Shown here: in pieces, positions 48,758 to 58,210 of the stretch | Position numbering within the stretch: the stretch's first letter is position 1 | How the letters are laid out: every line of letters begins with the position of its first letter | Source of the DNA: Lachnospiraceae bacterium | Lineage (GTDB): Bacteria > Bacillota > Clostridia > Lachnospirales > Lachnospiraceae | Assembly: GCA_022790615.1 (NCBI GenBank) | Contig: JAAVXK010000036.1 | Coordinates: forward strand, 22,886 to 86,885 | Direction: 5' to 3' | Length of the DNA stretch: 64,000 nucleotides | Notes under the pieces: model-generated | Told to the model about the DNA's origin: nothing | Database searches by the model: none | Seen by the model: only the letters and a program-made list of their open reading frames with translations | Made by a program: the position numbers and the translations under genes

Positions 48758-49177
48758 TTAACCGCCCAGCACAAAAAGCTGTAATACCGCGCCCAGACAT
48801 TTTCCGGCCGCTATCGATAATACTATATACTGTATTCCCTCTACCAGCCCGACTCTTTTCACAAATACGGGGAATATTTTTAAAACCTCCGCAAGGGCCA
48901 TTGCAAGACATCCCACAAATATTCCGCAGAAAAAACCAAACAGTACGATTCCTATATAATAAAACGGAAGTTTTATTTCATATATAAATAAAATATTTCC
49001 GAGAGTTCCGCCAAGTATTACCGCATTTTCAAACAGAGAGGTATACTGGGAAGTTCTGGTCCTGTGCGCGAGCCTTGTAAATATTCCAATCATTACTATA
49101 AAAGCAAATGTTCCGGCCGCCACCATTCCGCCCGCTGCAAGCCCGGTAAATACCATTACTGCCTCTTTAAGATACAT
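48758..49177 (-). CDS. spoVAB: stage V sporulation protein AB
   Basis: GIFVGCLAMALAEVL, AAGKCLGA; operon position. Confidence 0.9.
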   Translation of the reverse strand: MYLKEAVMVFTGLAAGGMVAAGTFAFIVMIGIFTRLAHRTRTSQYTSLFENAVILGGTLGNILFIYEIKLPFYYIGIVLFGFFCGIFVGCLAMALAEVLKIFPVFVKRVGLVEGIQYIVLSIAAGKCLGAVLQLFVLGG

Positions 49178-49823
49178 CAATGGTCTTTCCCTCCCTTGAA
49201 GAATCCTCAATAATAGCGCTGTTTATCTGTTTTTCATAGTTTCTCATTTCAACATGTATCGGAGTAGGGTCCGTTGTCAGCTTCTTTCTTGAGAAGTGGT
49301 TGAAGAATACGATGATTCCTATCGGAAGTCCCACACAGTACGACAACTCCAGTATGGAAGGTTCGCCGCCTTTTTCAACTCCCATAAACCACAAGTACAG
49401 CTTATCAAACAAATCGGCGACGCTCACATCCATATTAAAAGTCATGATTGTAAATGCCGCGCCAAAAAACGCCACAAGACATACAAACGCAGCCTTGGCA
49501 TATTCCATGACAGTATTTTTAGGACGTTTGCCCTTGCCAATTTTTTCGTCTGCAGGGGAGGTATATTCTATTATAAAATCTTTCTCTCCCTCGTTTACAA
49601 CCGTTATATCCTGCCTCTTCCTGTGGACAAGCTCGACAATTTTTATGAATGTCATCGCGTACATGCCGTTTTCGCTTCCCGATATGGACAATACCATAAG
49701 CTGGGAAAGCTCCTTTGCAATATCGTGATTCGAACAGTGTACGCTTGCAATATCGGAAAGAAGCACTTTCTTTTTATTTACTTTTACATGCTGCTCTATC
49801 TTTATATATAGCTCCGTGCTCAT
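49167..49823 (-). CDS. spoVAA: stage V sporulation protein AA
   Basis: FFGAAFTIMTFNMDV, FFNHF...DPTPIHVEMRNYE. Confidence 0.92.
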   Translation of the reverse strand: MSTELYIKIEQHVKVNKKKVLLSDIASVHCSNHDIAKELSQLMVLSISGSENGMYAMTFIKIVELVHRKRQDITVVNEGEKDFIIEYTSPADEKIGKGKRPKNTVMEYAKAAFVCLVAFFGAAFTIMTFNMDVSVADLFDKLYLWFMGVEKGGEPSILELSYCVGLPIGIIVFFNHFSRKKLTTDPTPIHVEMRNYEKQINSAIIEDSSREGKTIDVS

Positions 49824-49966
49824 AATACGCTCTCCACCACATTCCGGCTGTCAACCAGAACTCCTTTCATTATCATGGTGGTCTCGCGCTGCCAGTACAT
49901 ATACATTACTATAGCCACAGCTATTATCATCACAACCATAAATATAGCTACTATCCTGCGCATCAT
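49820..49966 (-). CDS. 48-aa single-TM protein coupled to spoVAA
   Basis: Not in ORF track. MMRRIVAIFMVVMIIAVAIVMYMYWQRETTMIMKGVLVDSRNVVESVL; GGAGGTG RBS; ATGA overlap with spoVAA. Confidence 0.75.
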   Translation of the reverse strand: MMRRIVAIFMVVMIIAVAIVMYMYWQRETTMIMKGVLVDSRNVVESVL

Positions 49967-50029
49967 ACACACCTCCATACAAAATATGAACTACCAATAC
50001 AAACATAAAATATACGTATCATCATATTT

Positions 50030-50059
50030 TAGTATGGCATGGCGCTGGATATATTATTC
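50030..50059 (-). promoter_or_regulatory. sigG-type promoter of the spoVA operon
   Basis: GAATA-18-CATACTA. Confidence 0.7.
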
Positions 50060-50746
50060 ACACGCCGCTTTTTTTCTCATTTTTAAAAGTACTCTTTTTT
50101 CAATTCTTGAAACCTGAACCTGGCTTATTCCCATAGCTTTTGCAACCTGAACCTGGGTTTTGTTCTGGTAATATCTTAATTCTATAAGATTTCTCTCATC
50201 ATTTGACAGTCCTTCCAGCAGTCCGTTTAAAAATATCTGATTGATTACGGCCTCCTTGTCGTCGTCGCATCCTGCCTCCCTGCCCTGATAGGTTTCACTG
50301 TATATGGATTCTATTTCCCTGTCAGCCTCTGTCGCAATCACAATATCTTCCTTTGATATTCCCGTTTCATTTTGAATTTCCTCAATGGTCGGCTCTCTGT
50401 GCATATCCTGCGAAAGTTTCTGCGTAGCCTGTTTGATTCGCCAGCTGTTTTCCTTGATTCCCCTGCTGACTTTAACCATACCGTCGTCTCGCAGGAATCT
50501 TTTTATCTCGCCTATAATCATGGGTACGGCGTAAGTTGACAGTTTTACATCGTAACTTGTATCAAACCTGTCGATTGCCTTCATCAGCCCTATACTTCCA
50601 ATCTGAAATAAATCTTCAGGCTCGTATCCCCTGTTCGTAAATCTTTTCACCACGCTCCATACCAAAGCCATATTATCCACAATAACCTGCTCTCTCGCCT
50701 TGGCGTCACCCTCACCCGCAAGTTTGATAAGTTCAGTCGAATCCAA
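50054..50746 (-). CDS. sigF: sporulation sigma factor F
   Basis: DLFQIGSIGLMKAIDRFD, YAVPMIIGEIKRFLRDDG, ISQVQVSRIEK; follows spoIIAB; TTG start 50746 inferred. Confidence 0.93.
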   Translation of the reverse strand: MDSTELIKLAGEGDAKAREQVIVDNMALVWSVVKRFTNRGYEPEDLFQIGSIGLMKAIDRFDTSYDVKLSTYAVPMIIGEIKRFLRDDGMVKVSRGIKENSWRIKQATQKLSQDMHREPTIEEIQNETGISKEDIVIATEADREIESIYSETYQGREAGCDDDKEAVINQIFLNGLLEGLSNDERNLIELRYYQNKTQVQVAKAMGISQVQVSRIEKRVLLKMRKKAACE

Positions 50747-51203
50747 CCGCTCTCTCCATTTGCCCAGATAATGCCGCTTCTTTCGCAATTTTTTTACTCA
50801 TCCTTACAGTTGTTCCCTCGCCCGGTGTGGATTCCACGCTTACTTTATCCATAAATGCCTCCATAAATGCAAATCCCATTCCAGAGCGCTCAAGCTCCGG
50901 TTTTGTCGTATACAACGGCTCCATAGCCTTTTTTATATTTTCTATTCCTACTCCCCTGTCCTCAACCGTCACTTCAAACTCATTGCCTGTGATTCTGCAG
51001 ACCATGCGTATCGTTCCCTCCTTCATACAATATCCGTGTATTATTGAATTCGTCACGGCCTCTGACACCGCCGTCCTTATATCTGACAGTTCTTCCAGCG
51101 TCGGATTAAGCCTAGCGATGAATCCTGCGACTATCATTCTTGCAAAACCCTCGTTCTCGGCTTCCGTTCCAAATTCAACTGCCGCTTCATATACCTTATC
51201 CAT
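50733..51203 (-). CDS. spoIIAB: anti-sigma F factor
   Basis: NEGFAR, AVSEAVTNSIIHGY, ERSGMGFAFME. Confidence 0.96.
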   Translation of the reverse strand: MDKVYEAAVEFGTEAENEGFARMIVAGFIARLNPTLEELSDIRTAVSEAVTNSIIHGYCMKEGTIRMVCRITGNEFEVTVEDRGVGIENIKKAMEPLYTTKPELERSGMGFAFMEAFMDKVSVESTPGEGTTVRMSKKIAKEAALSGQMERAVGFD

Positions 51204-51551
51204 TCATGCCCCCTCCTTCTTATTGATTCTGTTTACCGCCTCTATAATACTGTCATATTTTGTGACGAAGGAATATACCCCCGACATTTTCAAAAGTCTG
51301 TCTATATTCTCCGGCACGGCGGCTACTACAACTTGTCCATTTATATATTTCATTTTTCTGTATCTCCCCATTATCATCCCTATTCCGGAGCTGTCCATGA
51401 ACTCAACTCCGGACATATCAAAGATTACGTTTTTTACATGCCCCCTTAAATAGTATCTCTCAAATTCGGTTTTTATTTTGTCAGCCACACAATGGTCAAC
51501 TTCTTTTTCCACATGTATTATCATGTTGCCGTCAGCTATATCCACATGCAA
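51204..51551 (-). CDS. spoIIAA: anti-sigma F factor antagonist (STAS)
   Basis: EVDH, FMDSSGIGMIMGRY. Confidence 0.95.
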   Translation of the reverse strand: MHVDIADGNMIIHVEKEVDHCVADKIKTEFERYYLRGHVKNVIFDMSGVEFMDSSGIGMIMGRYRKMKYINGQVVVAAVPENIDRLLKMSGVYSFVTKYDSIIEAVNRINKKEGA

Positions 51552-51588
51552 ACCTCCTTATGCAAAATATTTTTTGTTTTCTATATGT

Positions 51589-51627
51589 AAAAACGGCATA
51601 CCATCAATTACATGAACGGTATGCCGT
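51589..51627 (-). terminator. intrinsic terminator after TPR gene
   Basis: ACGGCATACC / GGTATGCCGT stem followed by a T run on the minus strand. Confidence 0.65.
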
Positions 51628-51654
51628 CTGTCTTATCCTGGCAGGATTTCCGAA

Positions 51655-53061
51655 CTATTCTCCCCTGACACCCAGTTCCGCAAGGCGTGTCTTTGCCTCC
51701 CTTGCTCTGGAACATTCAGGATAATCCTCTATAATCCTGTTATAGTATTCCACTGCCTTTTCCTTATTTCCCTGTCTGTGATACAGTCTTCCGTAAAAAT
51801 AAATCGCGTCATAATTGTCCTTATTAAGCTCCAGCGCCTCGTCAAAATGCTCCTTTGCCTCATCATACTTTCCGCTGTTGTATGCGGTACGTCCCTTTTC
51901 AAACGCTTCGGCCGACGCATTGGATGCGTCTTCCGACTGTATGGTATCTACTATATCTTTTGCGGTACTGTCCTCAATTCCCGACATATCAATATCCGCC
52001 ACCGCTGCTAACGCTTTCGCCTTGTCACCGTCGTTATACTGCTTGTAAGCTGCAAGTATCTTCTGATAAACTTCGGCGGCCGAAAGCGAGGTATCCTCAT
52101 TGGCTTCTTTGAGCTGCCTCTCCAGTTCCGCTATATGGTTCTCAAGATTTCCCTTGTCATATTCAAGGCTTTTTATCTTGCTGTCCCTTTCCGCAATCTT
52201 CTCTCCGTAATCCGTAACTTCCGAAGCCTTATCTTCATTATATTTGTTTGAAAGCGTCGGCATAATGAGCCCTATTCCTACAAAAAGCCCTATTATCACG
52301 CCTATCATGACGTTGATGAATGGAAATGCCCTGGGCTTTTCTTTTTCATAGGAACCTATCCGGCTGACCGTTACGTTATTGTCCCCTTTGAATACTTTAC
52401 GCTCGGGTGCAGACGCTTTTTTTTCTACAACGCTTTCGACATTCTTATTCGTTCCCCCAAGAAGGTTAATATATCTGTTAGTAAGCGTATTGCCGCAATC
52501 GGTCTTTCTTGCCTTTACAAGATGATTGAGCGCCTTCGCCTCGTCTCCGACAATAATATACATAAGAGCTATCAGCTGCTGCGCTCTCACAAAATTCGGC
52601 GAGATACTGACAACCTTTTTAAGCTGTATAATAGCAAGGTCTTCATTCCCCTGTTTCGCCGACTGAAGGGCGGCGTTATATTTTTTAATCGTAAGGCTCC
52701 AGTTTTCAAGCACATGGGGATTTGACTGTATACTATCAATATAATAATCAGCCTCGTTGTTTTCCCCGCAGAGATTCTTGCTCAGAATCCATTGCGTAAG
52801 CGCGGCTACAATCTCTCCCATCTCATAATACACAAGGCCAAGCAGATTTCTCGCATTCACATTACTCTTATAGTATGTAAGACTTCTTTCAAGCGTATCC
52901 GCCGCCCCGCTCAAGTTCCTGACCCTGGCCTTTTCCAGTCCTTCATTGTATAGGCTGTTTGATATTCTTACCGCCTTCTTATACACAAGTATGGACTGTC
53001 CACACTGGCTGCAGCGGTTCATTTGCATATTAACGGATGCATTACATCTCGGACAATTCAT
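51655..53061 (-). CDS. zinc-ribbon / TPR membrane protein
   Basis: CPRC..CSQC, TPR repeats, central TM helix, coiled coil, C-terminal TPRs. Confidence 0.85.
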   Translation of the reverse strand: MNCPRCNASVNMQMNRCSQCGQSILVYKKAVRISNSLYNEGLEKARVRNLSGAADTLERSLTYYKSNVNARNLLGLVYYEMGEIVAALTQWILSKNLCGENNEADYYIDSIQSNPHVLENWSLTIKKYNAALQSAKQGNEDLAIIQLKKVVSISPNFVRAQQLIALMYIIVGDEAKALNHLVKARKTDCGNTLTNRYINLLGGTNKNVESVVEKKASAPERKVFKGDNNVTVSRIGSYEKEKPRAFPFINVMIGVIIGLFVGIGLIMPTLSNKYNEDKASEVTDYGEKIAERDSKIKSLEYDKGNLENHIAELERQLKEANEDTSLSAAEVYQKILAAYKQYNDGDKAKALAAVADIDMSGIEDSTAKDIVDTIQSEDASNASAEAFEKGRTAYNSGKYDEAKEHFDEALELNKDNYDAIYFYGRLYHRQGNKEKAVEYYNRIIEDYPECSRAREAKTRLAELGVRGE

Positions 53062-53090
53062 CAACGTATCCTCCACTCAGATTAACGACG

Positions 53091-53231
53091 CTATTCAGAC
53101 ATCATTTCTTTCATCAAATCCTTGACAATATCGGTTACATCTTCATACTTGTTATTCAAAACAGCGTCCTCAACTTGTTCGACATCCGCAATCGGCTGGA
53201 ATTTCTCAAGCTCTTCATCAAAATTAATCAT
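53091..53231 (-). CDS. 46-aa acidic hypothetical protein
   Basis: Not in ORF track. MINFDEELEKFQPIADVEQVEDAVLNNKYEDVTDIVKDLMKEMMSE; AAGGAGGA RBS. Confidence 0.8.
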   Translation of the reverse strand: MINFDEELEKFQPIADVEQVEDAVLNNKYEDVTDIVKDLMKEMMSE

Positions 53232-53312
53232 TCGTTCCTCCTTAATAATTCACAAACATATAATACAGACTAAAACTTCAAAATGCAACAACCGTTCGCC
53301 GCAGAATACGAC

Positions 53313-55952
53313 TTATTTTGAAAGCTGCCCAAGTCGATTCACAACCTGCTCCATCATATCGCTGTATTTCTTCTGTTTTGCCTTTTCTTCTTCAATCTTA
53401 GCCTTAGGAGCTTTTGATACGAACTTTTCATTTCCAAGCATTTTTTCCGAACGCGCAAGCTCTTTTGAAAGCTTTTCCTTTTCTTTTACTAGGCGCTCTA
53501 TCTCCTTTTCAACGTCAACAAGTTCTGCAAATGGAATATATATCGCCGCCTCGTGTATAAGTATTGACACGGCGTCGTCCGCAATGCCGGTTTTATCTTT
53601 CTGTACGTTTACCTCGCCCGCATATCCGAGTGTTGCAAAAAATACTTTGCTGTCCTCGAATATACTCCTTACCCCGCTGTTTTCGGACACAACGTAGAGC
53701 GCCGTCTTCCTGCTAGGCGGCACGTTCATCTCGGCGCGCATATTTCTGATTCCCTTGACAGCCTCTTTTATTCTCTCAACAGACTGTTCCTCTGTTTCAA
53801 AATGATATTCATCCCTGTATACCGGCCAGTCGCTTACCATTATGGATGCATCCTCATCATCAATGAGAGTACAATATATCTCCTCCGTAACAAACGGCAT
53901 ATACGGGTGCAGAAGTTTAAGCGCAGTTATGAGAACTTCCTTAAGCGTCCAAAGAGCCGCCGTCCTTGTGTTGTCTTTGTCATTGTACAGACGCGGCTTC
54001 ACCATCTCAATATACCAGTCGCAGAATTCCTCCCATACAAAATTATATATTTTATCGGCGGCTATACCGAGCTCGTATTTATCAAGGTTATAGGTTACGT
54101 CCCTGACCACGTCGTTTACTTTCGATAGAACCCACTTATCAGCGTCCGTAAGTTCCGGCATTTCGGATATCTCATCCCCGTCCGTCAGATTCATCATAAT
54201 GAATCTCGACGCGTTCCAGACCTTATTGGCAAAGTTACGGCTTGCCTCCACCCTCTCATTGTAGAATCTCATGTCATTGCCGGGCGCATTTCCGGTAATG
54301 AGCGTGAACCTGAGCGCATCCGCGCCGTACTTATCAATTATTTCCAGCGGGTCGATTCCGTTTCCGAGCGACTTGCTCATCTTCCGGCCAAGCGAATCCC
54401 TCACAAGTCCATGAATAAGAACCGTATCAAACGGAACTTTTCCAACCTGTTCTATTCCCGAGAACATCATCCGCATTACCCAGAACGGAATAATGTCATA
54501 TCCGGTCACAAGCGTGCTCGTAGGGTAAAAATATTCCATCTCCTCCGTCTTATCAGGCCATCCAAGCGTTGAGAACGGCCATAATGCGGACGAGAACCAT
54601 GTATCAAGCGTATCCGGGTCCTGTCTCATGCTTTTACCGCACTTCGGACACACGGGCGCTTGTTCCTTGGACACAACAAGTTCTCCGCATTCGTCGCAGT
54701 AAAACGCCGGAATCCGGTGTCCCCACCAAAGCTGTCTCGAAATACACCAGTCGCGTATGTTTTCAAGCCAGTGGAAATACGTCTTTTCAAAATATTCAGG
54801 AACAAACTGCGTCTCGTCATCCTGAACAGCCTTTATCGCAGGCTCGGCAAGCGGCTTCATCTTAACGAACCACTGCTTTGAAACCCTCGGCTCCACGGTT
54901 GTCCCACACCTGTAACATACTCCGACATTGTGCGCATGGTCCTCTACTTTGACGAGCGCCCCCTCTTTCTCAAGGTCGGCAACTATCGCTTTCCGCGCCT
55001 CATATCTATCCATTCCCGCATAAGCAGGATATTCGTCCGTAATCTTTGCATCGTCAGTCATAACATTAATTACAGGAAGGTTATGTCTGAGTCCTACTTC
55101 AAAGTCGTTCGGATCATGCGCAGGGGTTATCTTAACAACTCCCGTACCGAATTCCATATCTACATAATCGTCGGCGACAACGGGTATTTCCCTGTGTACA
55201 ATAGGGAGTATAACCGTCTTGCCTACGTAATCCGCATATCTTTCATCCTTAGGATGAACCGCAACGGCAGTATCTCCGAGAAGCGTCTCGGGACGCGTCG
55301 TCGCAAGCCGTATCGAGCCGCTGCCGTCGGCAAGCTTATATTCAAGATGCCAGAAATGTCCGGCCTGGTCTTCATGTTCAACCTCAGCGTCGGAAATGGA
55401 CGTAAGACAGTGCGGACACCAGTTGATGATTCTCTCACCGCGGTAAATAAGTCCTTTTTCATACAGCTTTACGAACACCTCTTTAACCGCGCGGTTACAG
55501 CCTTCATCCATCGTGAACCTTTCTCTGTCCCAGTCGCAGGACGAACCCATCTTCTTAAGCTGCGATACGATTCTTCCGCCGTACTGTTCCTTCCATTTCC
55601 ACGCACGCTCCAGAAAACCTTCCCTTCCTATATCTTCCTTTGCGATACCTTCTTCTCTCATGGCCTCGACAATCTTAGCCTCGGTAGCAATTGACGCGTG
55701 GTCCGTTCCGGGAACCCACAACGCATTGTAGCCCTGCATCCTCTTAAATCTTATAAGAATATCCTGCAGGGTATTGTCAAGCGCATGTCCCATATGCAGC
55801 TGACCCGTTATATTTGGAGGCGGCATTACTATAGTAAATGGCTTCTTACTTTTGTCCACATCAGCATGAAAGTACTTCTTTCCTACCCACTTAGAATATA
55901 ACCTGTCCTCAATATCAGCAGGATTATATGTTTTCTCCAGTTCTTTTTTCAT
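53313..55952 (-). CDS. valS: valine--tRNA ligase
   Basis: PPPNITGQLHMGH, DWCISRQLWWGH, KMSKS, C-terminal coiled coil. Confidence 0.98.
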   Translation of the reverse strand: MKKELEKTYNPADIEDRLYSKWVGKKYFHADVDKSKKPFTIVMPPPNITGQLHMGHALDNTLQDILIRFKRMQGYNALWVPGTDHASIATEAKIVEAMREEGIAKEDIGREGFLERAWKWKEQYGGRIVSQLKKMGSSCDWDRERFTMDEGCNRAVKEVFVKLYEKGLIYRGERIINWCPHCLTSISDAEVEHEDQAGHFWHLEYKLADGSGSIRLATTRPETLLGDTAVAVHPKDERYADYVGKTVILPIVHREIPVVADDYVDMEFGTGVVKITPAHDPNDFEVGLRHNLPVINVMTDDAKITDEYPAYAGMDRYEARKAIVADLEKEGALVKVEDHAHNVGVCYRCGTTVEPRVSKQWFVKMKPLAEPAIKAVQDDETQFVPEYFEKTYFHWLENIRDWCISRQLWWGHRIPAFYCDECGELVVSKEQAPVCPKCGKSMRQDPDTLDTWFSSALWPFSTLGWPDKTEEMEYFYPTSTLVTGYDIIPFWVMRMMFSGIEQVGKVPFDTVLIHGLVRDSLGRKMSKSLGNGIDPLEIIDKYGADALRFTLITGNAPGNDMRFYNERVEASRNFANKVWNASRFIMMNLTDGDEISEMPELTDADKWVLSKVNDVVRDVTYNLDKYELGIAADKIYNFVWEEFCDWYIEMVKPRLYNDKDNTRTAALWTLKEVLITALKLLHPYMPFVTEEIYCTLIDDEDASIMVSDWPVYRDEYHFETEEQSVERIKEAVKGIRNMRAEMNVPPSRKTALYVVSENSGVRSIFEDSKVFFATLGYAGEVNVQKDKTGIADDAVSILIHEAAIYIPFAELVDVEKEIERLVKEKEKLSKELARSEKMLGNEKFVSKAPKAKIEEEKAKQKKYSDMMEQVVNRLGQLSK

Positions 55953-56014
55953 TATCCGTCCTCATTTCTATTAGAAAATAACAATTTAGCAAAATCACAT
56001 TCATAACCTATTTT

Positions 56015-56043
56015 ATAGTATTCTAAAAGCTTCTGTATGTCAA
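56015..56043 (-). promoter_or_regulatory. sigA-type promoter of valS
   Basis: TTGACA-17-TACTAT. Confidence 0.7.
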
Positions 56044-56206
56044 GCTGAAAAAGAATAGGATAGGATATAAGATTTTTAACAAAATTATCCTTTTACCAAA
56101 ATTGTATTTTCTGCTATACTAAATGATATGAACCCATTTTTCATGGAAAAATGAGCAAATTAGAGGTGTATTTCATATTTTCTTTAACAAAGGGGGAATC
56201 GGCGTC

Positions 56207-56689
56207 ATGGCATCATTTGCAGTATACCAGACAAAATTCGGAATGTACCGGATAGAATACGATAACGGTGTTGTAACCGGATTAAAACGATCCGACGACA
56301 GTGCGGTCGGAGGAGCCAGAAACGAATTAACCAAAAATGTATACATACAGCTTTCGGAATATTTTGACGGCAGGCGGACTTCATTTGATTTTCCATATGA
56401 GCTTCGGGGGACGGCATTTCAAAAGAAGGTTTGGGCAGAGCTTTGCAAAATTCCTTACGGACACACAAAATCATACAAGGAAATTGCGGCGGCAATCGGT
56501 AATCCCGCGGCCTGCCGCGCGGTAGGAATGGCAAACAACAAAAATCCTATCGCAATCGCGGTTCCCTGCCACAGGGTAATCGGAAGCGACGGTTCCCTTA
56601 CCGGTTATGCCTCGGGAATCAATATAAAAAAAGCCCTTCTTGCGCTCGAGAAGGGACAGATGCATGGCGTTAGGGATGAAAAGGCATGA
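56207..56689 (+). CDS. ogt: methylated-DNA--protein-cysteine methyltransferase
   Basis: GTAFQKKVW, IPYG..SY, RAVG, active site PCHRV. Confidence 0.95.
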   Translation: MASFAVYQTKFGMYRIEYDNGVVTGLKRSDDSAVGGARNELTKNVYIQLSEYFDGRRTSFDFPYELRGTAFQKKVWAELCKIPYGHTKSYKEIAAAIGNPAACRAVGMANNKNPIAIAVPCHRVIGSDGSLTGYASGINIKKALLALEKGQMHGVRDEKA

Positions 56690-56690
56690 C

Positions 56691-57506
56691 TTAACGCCAT
56701 ATTTTTTTTATTATTACCGATGCTATAAGTACAATTATATTAACAACGACTATGCTTGCACCCGTAGGCGCCGCATAACTGTATGAAAACACAAGGCCGG
56801 CGACAAAACAGAATACGGATACAGCCGCAGAAACCGTGATTACGCTTTTGTATGTCCTGCACAGCCTCATCGCGGTCATAGACGGGAATATAATAAGGCT
56901 TGATATGAGCAGAGCCCCCATCATCCTCATACCCAGGACGACAGTTACCGCCGTCAGGATTGCGAGTATCATATTGTATATGTTCGTCCTTATACCGGTC
57001 GCCCTTGCGAATGTCTCATCAAACGTTACGGCGAATATCCTGTTATAAAACAGCAGGTATACCGATATCACGATAACCGACAGTAGTATGCACAATACCG
57101 TATCTGTATTATTGAGCGCCAGTATACTGCCGAACATATAGTTATAGATATCAGTATTGACGCCCGTCGTCATAGATATCACCATGACTCCCACGGCGAG
57201 CGCGCCGCTTGATACAACGGCTATGCCCGCGTCGCCGCCCATACTGCTTTTCTCGCTTATGCGAAGCAGTAAAAATGCCGTCACGATACATACCGGAATC
57301 GCAACCGCAAGCGGAGCCGCCCCAAGCACCGCGGCGACAGCCATTGCCCCAAACCCGACATGCGACAGCCCGTCGCCAATCATGGAATATCTCTTAAGCA
57401 CAAGGCTTACACCGAGAAGCGCGGCGCACAGCGCCACAAGAACGCCGACAACCAGCGCCCGCAGAAGAAACGGATATGAAATTATATCTGACAATGCATG
57501 AATCAT
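56691..57506 (-). CDS. znuB: metal (Zn/Mn) ABC transporter permease
   Basis: SMIGDGLSH, YMFGSIL, TFDETFARATG, GALLISSLIIFP. Confidence 0.9.
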   Translation of the reverse strand: MIHALSDIISYPFLLRALVVGVLVALCAALLGVSLVLKRYSMIGDGLSHVGFGAMAVAAVLGAAPLAVAIPVCIVTAFLLLRISEKSSMGGDAGIAVVSSGALAVGVMVISMTTGVNTDIYNYMFGSILALNNTDTVLCILLSVIVISVYLLFYNRIFAVTFDETFARATGIRTNIYNMILAILTAVTVVLGMRMMGALLISSLIIFPSMTAMRLCRTYKSVITVSAAVSVFCFVAGLVFSYSYAAPTGASIVVVNIIVLIASVIIKKIWR

Positions 57507-58210
57507 CTCGTACCCCTTTCCCTTAAGATAAGAGCCGCGTCGCTGCTCACATAATCCGAAGTTTTTCCAAAGTAAAGCTGGGTATGCGACAGGTGGAGTA
57601 TATGGCTTGCATATTGCAAAGCCGCATTCATATCGTGTGAAACCATCACTATGGTAATCTTCATTTCCGTGTTAATTCTTTTTATCAAATCATATAAATC
57701 TGCCGTCACAACAGGGTCAAGCCCTGCCGCCGGCTCGTCGAGAAGAATCATCCTGCTCGTAGCGCACAGCGCTCTTGCAAGAAGAACCCGTTGCTGCTGC
57801 CCGCCGGATAATTCCTGATAACAGCGTCTCTCAAGGCCTCCAAGGCCCATAAGGTCTATCTTGTCAAGCGCCTCCATCCTCTCCTTTCTGGAGTAGAAAG
57901 GACGGGCTCCCATGTGGTTCAGCGTTCCCGACATGACAACCTCCAGTATGCTCGCCGGAAAATTACGCTGGATATCCGTCTGCTGCGGCAGATAGCCAAT
58001 CTCCGAAACACCGAGTCCATCCGACATTACAATATTTCCCCTCATAGGATTGATGAGCTTTAAAAGCCCTTTTATGAGCGTGCTCTTTCCCGCGCCGTTT
58101 TCCCCGACAACGCATAAGTAATCGCCGCTTTCTATTGTGAAGTTAATGTCGGTGAGCACAATCTCGCCATCATATCCCAGCACCACATCTTCGCATGTAA
58201 TCAATGCCAT
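57503..58210 (-). CDS. znuC: metal ABC transporter ATPase
   Basis: GENGAGKST, LSGGQQQR, LLDEP. Confidence 0.9.
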   Translation of the reverse strand: MALITCEDVVLGYDGEIVLTDINFTIESGDYLCVVGENGAGKSTLIKGLLKLINPMRGNIVMSDGLGVSEIGYLPQQTDIQRNFPASILEVVMSGTLNHMGARPFYSRKERMEALDKIDLMGLGGLERRCYQELSGGQQQRVLLARALCATSRMILLDEPAAGLDPVVTADLYDLIKRINTEMKITIVMVSHDMNAALQYASHILHLSHTQLYFGKTSDYVSSDAALILRERGTR

